Shown here piece after piece: positions 8,652 through 16,013 of a stretch of 19,056 nucleotides of DNA (the stretch's first letter is position 1; every line of letters begins with the position of its first letter). The DNA lies in the NCBI GenBank assembly GCA_038895675.1, contig JAWANB010000014.1, forward strand, positions 1 through 19,056, read 5' to 3'. A program made the translations under genes and the position numbers. Origin of the DNA: Candidatus Iainarchaeum sp. (GTDB lineage: Archaea > Iainarchaeota > Iainarchaeia > Iainarchaeales > Iainarchaeaceae). The notes beneath the pieces were generated by a model, which saw only the letters and a list, made by a program, of their open reading frames with translations, was not told the DNA's origin and ran no database searches.

Positions 8652-9683
8652 ATGAAAAAAAACAACAAAAAACCAAAAGTATTAGTCATAGGATTAGGTG
8701 GAGCCATAAGCGCAAAATTAAAGAACGAACATTGGGATTATGGCACAATAACCCAAAAAGAACTAATCGAATCAACACAAAGAATAAAAGAAAACTTTGA
8801 AATAGACGCAATAGACTTATTTAGAATGGACAGCGCAGACATAAAACCAGAACAATGGCTAACACTAGCAAACACAATATACCACAAAATGCAAAATTAC
8901 GATGGCATAGTAGTCACAATGGGAACAGACACTTTAAGTTATACTGCTACAGCAATAGCATTCATGATACAAAAAAACAACATACCAATAGTATTCACAG
9001 GCTCCCAAATGGACCCAGAACAAATAAACACAGATGCAAAAAGAAACCTAAGAGGCGCAATCACAATAGCAGGCACGTCAAACATAGCAGAAACATTAGT
9101 TTTCTTTAACAACAAAATAATGAAAGCAACAACGTGCAAAAAAACAAACGCAACAGAATTAGATGCTTTCTCACCAATAGGAGACAAAATAATAGGAACA
9201 TTACAACAAAGCATAACAATAGAAGAAACTAATTATAGAAAAAGAACAAAAACAAAACCAAAACTATACAGCAAAATAGATACAGAAGTTGCACTAGTAA
9301 AAGTCTACCCAGGCTTTGAAGGAAAAAGACTGATAAACCTAATAAACAACGGCGCAACAGGAATAGTATTAGAAGGATTTGGATTAGGAAACTTACCACT
9401 AATAGACACCGGCTTAAAAGAAGCAATAAAATACGCAAACAAAAAAAAAGCACCCGTGGTCGTGACAAGCAATACACCGCTAGGAAAATATTGGAAAACA
9501 AGTTACAAAACAGAAATAGGCCAAAGATTCAAACAAATAAATATAATAAAAGCCTACGACATGCTCCCGGAAACAGCATATGTAAAACTAATGTGGGTAT
9601 TAGGACAAACAAAAGAACCTGAAAAAATAGAAAAAATGATGCTAAAAAATTACGCAGGAGAAATAAACTACAGCACAAAATAA
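8652..9683 (+). CDS. Type I L-asparaginase-like protein (catalytic TGGT motif altered to LGGA)
   Basis: MDSADIKPEQW, DGIVVTMGTDT, PIVFTGSQ, DAKRNL, GIVLEGFGLGN, DMLPETAYVKLMWVLG; lacks the GatD N-terminal domain. Confidence 0.85.
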   Translation: MKKNNKKPKVLVIGLGGAISAKLKNEHWDYGTITQKELIESTQRIKENFEIDAIDLFRMDSADIKPEQWLTLANTIYHKMQNYDGIVVTMGTDTLSYTATAIAFMIQKNNIPIVFTGSQMDPEQINTDAKRNLRGAITIAGTSNIAETLVFFNNKIMKATTCKKTNATELDAFSPIGDKIIGTLQQSITIEETNYRKRTKTKPKLYSKIDTEVALVKVYPGFEGKRLINLINNGATGIVLEGFGLGNLPLIDTGLKEAIKYANKKKAPVVVTSNTPLGKYWKTSYKTEIGQRFKQINIIKAYDMLPETAYVKLMWVLGQTKEPEKIEKMMLKNYAGEINYSTK

Positions 9684-9732
9684 AAATATAAAATAAAGCA
9701 ACCTACCATAAATAAAAAGCAAAAGTGAGCAG

Positions 9733-11055
9733 ATGAAAGCAAAAGAATTCATGGAAAAAAACAAACTAAAAGAAGGAGATAACATCATAATAACAAAAAA
9801 TAATACTACTTACGAAGGAACAATAATACAACCCTCAACAAAAAATTTAGAAATAATAAAAATAAAGCTCAAATCAGGTTACAACATAGGAATAAAATGC
9901 GACGAAAAAACTAAAGTACAAAAAACAGGCGAAACAAAAAAAATAGGAAAAATAGAAACACAAAAAATAATACAAAACCAAAACTTGCCAAAAGTCTCAA
10001 TAATACACACAGGAGGCACTATAGCAAGTAGAGTAGACTACAGAACAGGCGCAGTAATATCAACATTTGAACCTGAAGATTTAATAGCAATGTTCCCAGA
10101 AATAACTACAATAGCAAACGTAAACTCAAAACTATTAGCAAACATTTGGAGCCACGACTTAAGATTTTCACACATAGCCAAAATAGCCGAAGAAATAAAA
10201 AAAGAACACGAAAAAGGAGCAAAAGGAATAATAGTAGGAACAGGAACAGACAATATGGCAGTAGCAGCAGCAGCAACAGCCTTCACATTAGAAAAATGCC
10301 CATTACCAATAATATTTGTAGGCTCACAAAGAAGCTCAGACAGACCAAGCACAGACGCAGCAATGAACCTGATATGTGCAACAGAATTCATTACAAAAAC
10401 AGATTTTGCAGGAGTAGCAATATGCATGCATTATACAAGCTCTGACGACAAATGCGCAATACTCCCGGCATGCAAAACAAAAAAATTGCACTCATCAAGA
10501 AGAGACGCGTTCAAAGCCATAAACGACACGCCAATAGCAATAGTAGATTACAAAACAAGAAAAATAGAAATGATAAAAAAGAACTATCAAAAAGCTACAA
10601 ACGAAAAACCAATAATAAAAACAAATTTTGAAGAAAAAGTAGCACTATTCAAAATACACATAAACATGAGCCCAGAACAATTCCAATTCTATTTAGACAA
10701 CAATTACAAAGGAATAGTATTTGAAGGAACAGGATTAGGACACATGCCGGGAAACAACCCGGACAAATTAGCACAAGAACACAACAAAATATTCCCAATA
10801 ATAGAAAAACTTGACAAAAAAGGTTGCGTCATGGTAATGACCACAAACACAATATACGGCAGAATAAACATGAATGTCTACAACAAAGGAATAGACCTCA
10901 TGAACTTAGGAATAATACCAGGCGAAGACATGTTGCCAGAAACAGCATTTGTAAAACTCGCATGGCTATTAGGCAATTACAAACCAGAAGAAGCAAAAAA
11001 ACTAATTAGAAAAAATCTGAGAGGAGAAATAACAGAATTCACAAAATACTACTAA
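9733..11055 (+). CDS. gatD: Glutamyl-tRNA(Gln) amidotransferase subunit D
   Basis: N-terminal GatD domain (IKLKSGYNIGI), HTGGTIASRVDYRTGAV, GTD, VGSQRSSDRPSTDA, KKLHSSRRDAF, DMLPETAFVKLAWLLG. Confidence 0.96.
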   Translation: MKAKEFMEKNKLKEGDNIIITKNNTTYEGTIIQPSTKNLEIIKIKLKSGYNIGIKCDEKTKVQKTGETKKIGKIETQKIIQNQNLPKVSIIHTGGTIASRVDYRTGAVISTFEPEDLIAMFPEITTIANVNSKLLANIWSHDLRFSHIAKIAEEIKKEHEKGAKGIIVGTGTDNMAVAAAATAFTLEKCPLPIIFVGSQRSSDRPSTDAAMNLICATEFITKTDFAGVAICMHYTSSDDKCAILPACKTKKLHSSRRDAFKAINDTPIAIVDYKTRKIEMIKKNYQKATNEKPIIKTNFEEKVALFKIHINMSPEQFQFYLDNNYKGIVFEGTGLGHMPGNNPDKLAQEHNKIFPIIEKLDKKGCVMVMTTNTIYGRINMNVYNKGIDLMNLGIIPGEDMLPETAFVKLAWLLGNYKPEEAKKLIRKNLRGEITEFTKYY

Positions 11056-11105
11056 AACAAAAAAAAAGATAAAAGATTTTAAACAAACCACTACAAAATA
11101 AATTC

Positions 11106-11807
11106 ATGATAGGAATACTTTTTTCCGGCGGAAAAGACTCAACTTACGTAATTTACAAAGCTATTGAAGAAGGAAAAAAAGTAAAATGCCTAATAACAAT
11201 GAAATCACAAAACAAAGAAAGCTACATGTTTCATACAGCCACAATAAACATAACAAAAATGCAAGCAAAAGCAATGAAAATACCAATAATGTATTTTACC
11301 ACAAAAGGAGAAAAAGAAAAAGAACTAAAAGACCTAGAAAAAGCAATTAAAAAAGCAAAAACAAAATACAAAATAAAAGAAATAGGAGTGGGAGCATTAG
11401 CATCAGAATACCAAAAAGCAAGAGTAAAAAAAATTTGCGACAAACTAAAACTAAAAATGTTTGCACCACTATGGAAAAAAAACCAAAAACAATATTTAGA
11501 AGAATTAGTACAAAAAGGGTTTGAAATAAAATTTACAGGGGTAGGAGCTTACGGCCTAACTGAAGCTTGGCTTGGCAAAAACCTTGATGAAAGAACTATT
11601 AAAGAACTAATAAAATTGAATGAAAAGTATGGCATACACATAGGAGGAGAAGGTGGAGAATACGAAACAATAGTATTGAACGCACCAATATTCAAACAAA
11701 AAATACAAATAATAAAAACAAACAAAAAAATGAATTCAGAAAACTCGGGAAGAATAGAAATAATCAAAGCAAAATTAATAGAAAAAACTAATAAACAACC
11801 AAATTAA
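11106..11807 (+). CDS. dph6: Diphthine-ammonia ligase (diphthamide synthase, PP-loop ATPase)
   Basis: LFSGGKDS PP-loop, SYMFH, GALASEYQKARV, APLW, GEGGEYETIVLNAPIF. Confidence 0.88.
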   Translation: MIGILFSGGKDSTYVIYKAIEEGKKVKCLITMKSQNKESYMFHTATINITKMQAKAMKIPIMYFTTKGEKEKELKDLEKAIKKAKTKYKIKEIGVGALASEYQKARVKKICDKLKLKMFAPLWKKNQKQYLEELVQKGFEIKFTGVGAYGLTEAWLGKNLDERTIKELIKLNEKYGIHIGGEGGEYETIVLNAPIFKQKIQIIKTNKKMNSENSGRIEIIKAKLIEKTNKQPN

Positions 11808-12715
11808 TTTTTCCTCTCTTTTAACCACAAATCAACTAAAGTTTTATAATTCTCAGCAACTATTGAAGAAGCCTCAAGCCTCGTTATCTTATTCTCATGC
11901 AACATTTTCATAGGCTCCCAAAAAACAGTCCTACCAACAGCAAAACCAATAATACCTTTCACTTTTGCCCCGACCTTAAGCCATTCCTTTACTTTCTCAG
12001 CATCTTCACCTCTACCTAAAGTTATTATACCAGACTTCCTGCCATTTGCTCTGGCTTGCACGACCAAAGCCTTTGAATCCTCTATTTTCTCAACACCCTC
12101 AAGTTTCCAAACGTCAGGCTCAACACCAAAGTCTTGAATTTGAGCCATAGCCTCAACCATCAACTTAGGCCTCAATTGAGAATCGTAAGCTTTCACATTA
12201 CCGCCAAAACTTGCAAGTTGATCAGAAGTCGCAGGAACAAGCAACTCAAACAAAAACTTTTTACCAATGCTATGAGAATAATCACTAATTCTTTTCAGCC
12301 TCTCTAATTGCCTCTTATTCAATTCTTTATCTCCTGCAGGATTATACCTGACCAAAACTTTGACAAAAGTAGGGTCGAAAGCTTTTATATGAGACTCAAA
12401 ATCATCATACTCAAAATTGAACTCATCCTGACCACTTTTTTCAGTAGGCATAGCAGTCATTATACCCCTATTCTTAGCATCTTTAAGAATTGCAGAACCA
12501 AACTGCTCATCAACCAAAACAGCAGCAGTTTCCTTCGGAACACCCATCTGCAAACTTGCTAAAAAACCCTCATAAACCATCATTTTCAAAGAAGAATACT
12601 CTTTAAACTCGGCATCTGTAGGTTGCCTGTTCTCAATCCCAAAAAGTTTCTTAAGCAAAGACCCCCTATGGTCAAAAGGTAAAATAAGCAAGTCCTCTTC
12701 ATAACCGACTTCCAC
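11804..12715 (-). CDS. DUF2090-family class I (LacD/IolC-C-terminal-like) aldolase
   Basis: ILPFDHRGS, LVDEQFG, EKSG, KVLVRYNP, FLFELLVP, PDVWKLEG (candidate Schiff-base Lys), GFAVGRTVF. Start moved to GTG 12715, downstream of a GGGGGT SD-like sequence. Confidence 0.82.
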   Translation of the reverse strand: MEVGYEEDLLILPFDHRGSLLKKLFGIENRQPTDAEFKEYSSLKMMVYEGFLASLQMGVPKETAAVLVDEQFGSAILKDAKNRGIMTAMPTEKSGQDEFNFEYDDFESHIKAFDPTFVKVLVRYNPAGDKELNKRQLERLKRISDYSHSIGKKFLFELLVPATSDQLASFGGNVKAYDSQLRPKLMVEAMAQIQDFGVEPDVWKLEGVEKIEDSKALVVQARANGRKSGIITLGRGEDAEKVKEWLKVGAKVKGIIGFAVGRTVFWEPMKMLHENKITRLEASSIVAENYKTLVDLWLKERKN

Positions 12716-12819
12716 AATAAAACCCCCATGCAATCAAAATAAAAACAAGTAAGAAATATAAAACACTATTTAAAAAAATAATTACAAAAGCCAACCAGAA
12801 AAACCTTTATAAACAAAAT

Positions 12820-13548
12820 TCAACTTTCAACCTTAAAACGACCATACAACAAAAACTCTCTCAAAAACAAATAACAATAAAAAGCACCAAAAACAGCACC
12901 AAAAAAATGCACAAACAAATCAGGCTTAGCACTAAACTGAAAACCTTCACTTGCCTCAACTTTTGAAATAAAAGACTCCCTATTACTAACTTCCTCTTTA
13001 ACCACAACAACGTAAGGATCATTTTTACTCTCAAGTTCAATAACCTTTGCCTTCAAAGACTCAACATATACTTTAGACTCTAACTTTGACAAATTTATAT
13101 TATAAGAAATCGTTTGAACTAACAACAAACAAACAAAAAAAAAGAAAAGACCAAACAAAAAAGTCTTCTTAAAATCAATAGCAAAAGAAGAAACCAACAA
13201 AGAAACTGCACCACCGCTAGCCCCAACAATTCTATCAAAAGGATTAAACAAGACAAACATTAAAGCTGAAAAAAAAGAACCGCCAAAAAACAAAAACAAA
13301 AAATGCCTAAAACCAATCTTCCTTTCAACAACCAAACCACACAAAAATATTAAAGCAACATTAAATATCAAATGCTCATAGCCTGAATGAAATAAAGGAT
13401 GGAAAAAAACATTCAAAGGAGAAGACCAAGAAAAAGCAAAAGAATTGACAACATCAGGAATGACAAAAAAGAAATTAAAAGAAAAAACAACAAAACAAAG
13501 CACCAAAAAAAAAGATAAAAAAAAAGTTCCGAAAAGATTTTTAAACAT
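12820..13548 (-). CDS. Rhomboid-family intramembrane serine protease
   Basis: FHSGYEHLIFN, VERKIG, VGASG (catalytic Ser), VHFFGAVFG (catalytic His). Start moved to ATG 13548 to avoid overlap with the divergent gene. Confidence 0.88.
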   Translation of the reverse strand: MFKNLFGTFFLSFFLVLCFVVFSFNFFFVIPDVVNSFAFSWSSPLNVFFHPLFHSGYEHLIFNVALIFLCGLVVERKIGFRHFLFLFFGGSFFSALMFVLFNPFDRIVGASGGAVSLLVSSFAIDFKKTFLFGLFFFFVCLLLVQTISYNINLSKLESKVYVESLKAKVIELESKNDPYVVVVKEEVSNRESFISKVEASEGFQFSAKPDLFVHFFGAVFGAFYCYLFLREFLLYGRFKVES

Positions 13549-13600
13549 AAAATAAAAAAAACAAGTTATTAATAAAAACACTACTAAAAACAAAGTTAGA

Positions 13601-14086
13601 ATGAAACTACACTTGTGTTGTGGCAAACAAATTTTAGAAGACTTTATTAATGTAGATCAATTAGACTTTGGACAGGAAATAGTAGCAGACCTAAACAAAA
13701 AATGGAAATTCGCAAAAAACAATTCAGTAGAGTATATTTACATTAAAGATGGTTTAGAACATTTAGAATCATTAGAACACTTTTTCAAAGAATGCGAAAG
13801 AGTGCTGAAACCAAAAGGCATAGTTGAAATAAGAGTTCCACACTACAAGAGCCCTTCTGCATACAGAATGACACACAAACACTACTTTTCATGGAATTTT
13901 TTTAACACATTCCCAGAACCTCATGACAATATAAAAAAACTGAAAGTAATATCAAACCAACTAATTTTTGAGCCCAAAGTATTCCCGTTTACACTAATGA
14001 ACATTTTAACAAATTTGTTCCCGAAGTATTGGGAAAAATTTTTTTACGCATGCGAAATAAAAGTGAAACTGCAAAAAACAGAATAA
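13601..14086 (+). CDS. Class I SAM-dependent methyltransferase domain protein
   Basis: KLHLCCG motif I variant, INVD, ADLN, SVEYI, LEHL, ECERVLKPKG..EIRVP. Confidence 0.85.
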   Translation: MKLHLCCGKQILEDFINVDQLDFGQEIVADLNKKWKFAKNNSVEYIYIKDGLEHLESLEHFFKECERVLKPKGIVEIRVPHYKSPSAYRMTHKHYFSWNFFNTFPEPHDNIKKLKVISNQLIFEPKVFPFTLMNILTNLFPKYWEKFFYACEIKVKLQKTE

Positions 14087-14088
14087 AA

Positions 14089-14160
14089 TGGGAATGGGAG
14101 GAATCGAACCTCCGACCCTCGCCTTATCAGAGCGATGCTCTACCACTGAGCCACACTCCC
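14089..14160 (-). tRNA. tRNA-Ile(GAU), intronless
   Basis: Reverse complement GGGAGTG TG GCTCAGTGGTAGAGC A TCGCT CT GAT AA GGCGA GGGTC GGAGG TTCGATT CCTCC CATTCCC A forms a full cloverleaf. Confidence 0.96.
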
Positions 14161-14280
14161 ACAAAAAAACAATCTTATGAAAAAGGCTTTTAAAATCAAT
14201 GAAAGTTATAAGCATAAATTCATAATGAAGTTCCCTTAAAAAATTTCCTATAATGAAAGAATATACAAAAAAGCGAAGAA

Positions 14281-14355
14281 AGCCTGGGACACCGGTTCGA
14301 ATCCGGTCGGGGCTAAAAGCCCCGTCGTCTAGCGGCCAAGGATACAGGCCTTTGG
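14281..14355 (+). tRNA. Circularly permuted tRNA-Gln(UUG): 3' half 14281-14315, linker AA, 5' half 14318-14355
   Basis: Rejoined sequence: AGCCCCG TC GTCT AGCGGCCAA GGAT A CAGGC CT TTG G | A GCCTG GGAC ACCGG TTCGAAT CCGGT CGGGGCT A. It has the A1-U72 pair typical of archaeal tRNA-Gln, and its flanks 14272-14280 and 14356-14359 complete a BHB motif. Confidence 0.93.
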
Positions 14356-14357
14356 AG

Positions 14358-15104
14358 CTACTCAAAAAACAATAACAAGTACATTAACAAAACGCCTAAA
14401 AAAAAAGTTAAAATATAAGAAAAAGACAATTTTCTATTTTTATGTAATTCAGGCAATAAATCAGTAGAAGAAATATAAATAAAGCCTCCCGCAGTCAAAG
14501 CGACCAAAACATACAAACTGTTTAATAACTCCTGCTGAAACACAAAAACACTTAAAGCACCAAAAACCGCAAACAAAGCAGAAAAAAAATTAAAAAACAA
14601 AGCCCTAAACTTAGAAAAACCAGCAGCAACCAAAACACCATAATCACTTAACTCTTGAGGTATCTCATGAAAAATAACAGCAATTGTAGTTGCAACTCCC
14701 AAAGGAAAAGAAGCCAAATAACTAACAGCAATTATTACACCATCAACAAAATTATGAATAGCATCACTAAACAAATTCATATAACCAAAAGACTTTTCAT
14801 GTTCACAATCCTCTTCACAACCATGAAAATGATGCCAATGAATTAAACGCTCTATAAGTAAAAACAACAAAAAACCAGCCAAAACATTCAAAGAAACTAA
14901 AAAGTAATTATCATTACTTAACTCAATTGCTTGAGGAATAAGATGAATAAAAGCATCGCCAATCAAAACACCAGCTGCCAAAGAAACTAACAAAAATAAT
15001 TTAGAATCAAAAAACTTGGTTCCAAAAAACAACAAAACAATACCCACTAAAGAAACAACGCTCACTAAAAAAGTACTTAAAACAATCCAAAAGAAAACTT
15101 CCAT
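14358..15104 (-). CDS. ZIP-family (ZupT-like) divalent metal transporter
   Basis: AAGVLIGDAFIHLIP, His/Cys-rich loop HWHHFHGCEEDCEH, DAIHNFVDG, FHEIPQELSDYG, GGFIYI..DLLPEL. Confidence 0.93.
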   Translation of the reverse strand: MEVFFWIVLSTFLVSVVSLVGIVLLFFGTKFFDSKLFLLVSLAAGVLIGDAFIHLIPQAIELSNDNYFLVSLNVLAGFLLFLLIERLIHWHHFHGCEEDCEHEKSFGYMNLFSDAIHNFVDGVIIAVSYLASFPLGVATTIAVIFHEIPQELSDYGVLVAAGFSKFRALFFNFFSALFAVFGALSVFVFQQELLNSLYVLVALTAGGFIYISSTDLLPELHKNRKLSFSYILTFFLGVLLMYLLLFFE

Positions 15105-15122
15105 TAAAACACCTTAACAAAC

Positions 15123-15380
15123 TTAACCTAAAGCAAATTTAAAAAGCAAATTAAATATAAAACTAAATAAATAATAACCTAAAAAGAAACTGCCCAACAA
15201 TTCGAAAAATCTTAAACCTTCTAACCTATTTTCAACAAAACTTGCATAAATTCCAACCCCAATACCACCAAAAACAATTATAAAAAAAGGACTCTCAAAG
15301 TTAGATTCGCCATGAGAACCATGAGCAAAGCCAAAAGAAGAAACTAATAGCAAAAATAAAAGAACAAAAAACACTCTCAT
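15123..15380 (-). CDS. Small membrane protein with a signal peptide-like N-terminus followed by HGSHG
   Basis: MRVFFVLLFLLLVSSFGFA|HGSHGE followed by two TM helices; its ATG overlaps the upstream stop (TAATG). Confidence 0.7.
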   Translation of the reverse strand: MRVFFVLLFLLLVSSFGFAHGSHGESNFESPFFIIVFGGIGVGIYASFVENRLEGLRFFELLGSFFLGYYLFSFIFNLLFKFALG

Positions 15381-15544
15381 TAAAAACCACCATGGAAAAC
15401 AAATTCAACTATGATATAGCCTACTACTCCAAACAATAAAGCCAAAACAACATTAAATTTTTCTCCTTTTTTAACAAAAAAAAATTGATAAAAACCAACA
15501 CCCATTAAAAAACCACCAACCAAATGGAAAAGTTCCTCAAGCAC
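15380..15544 (-). CDS. Small 2-TM protein, first gene of the ZIP operon
   Basis: GTG start at 15544 after SD GAGGTG; MLEELFHLVGG...VEFVFHGGF; translationally coupled to the next gene. Confidence 0.6.
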   Translation of the reverse strand: MLEELFHLVGGFLMGVGFYQFFFVKKGEKFNVVLALLFGVVGYIIVEFVFHGGF

Positions 15545-15629
15545 AAAAAACACCTCAAGATTTAACAGAACTAATAACAAGAGATTAATAATAAAAATTT
15601 AATTCTTAATAACTTTCAAAGTGTAAATT

Positions 15630-16013
15630 ATGAAAATAATTAGCATTTCGTTGTCAGAAAAAAACATTCAAGATTTAGAAAATATTAAACAACTTCTTGG
15701 AAAGGCAAATAATTCTGAAGCAATAAGAACAACAATCAAAACCACTTTAGAAAAATTAGAACAAGAAAAAAACATCAAAGGAATAATAAACGCAGTCCTA
15801 ATAATAACTCACTCGCATAAAACAGAAAAATTTGTTTCAAACACAAAACACGAATATAAAAAAATAATAAAAATCCAAAATCACTACTGCACAAAAAAAG
15901 AAAAATGTATAGATTACTTTATTCTTCAAGGAAGTTCAAAAAAAATAAAAGAAATGAAAAACAAATTTCAAAAAAACAAAGGAATAGAAAAAACGCTATT
16001 CTTACAAATATAA
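15630..16013 (+). CDS. NikR-family (ribbon-helix-helix + ACT-like) metal-responsive regulator
   Basis: MKIISISLSE...NNSEAIR RHH domain; C-terminal H-x10-H-x-C-x5-C followed by ILQG; divergent from the ZIP operon. Confidence 0.82.
   Translation: MKIISISLSEKNIQDLENIKQLLGKANNSEAIRTTIKTTLEKLEQEKNIKGIINAVLIITHSHKTEKFVSNTKHEYKKIIKIQNHYCTKKEKCIDYFILQGSSKKIKEMKNKFQKNKGIEKTLFLQI

Noticed and set aside
14281..14355. Reading the tRNA-Gln halves as an integration scar (att site) or broken tandem duplicate
   Set aside because: The halves are exactly complementary parts with no overlap or loss, break precisely at 37/38, and have BHB-forming flanks; there is no integrase nearby.
14006..14365. 119-aa minus-strand ORF in the track
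   Set aside because: It overlaps tRNA-Ile, the permuted tRNA-Gln and the methyltransferase end; it is a chance translation of RNA genes.
15560..15620. TAATAAC/TAATAAT repeats as the NikR-like operator
   Set aside because: Cannot be distinguished from background in very AT-rich DNA, and there is no convincing palindrome.
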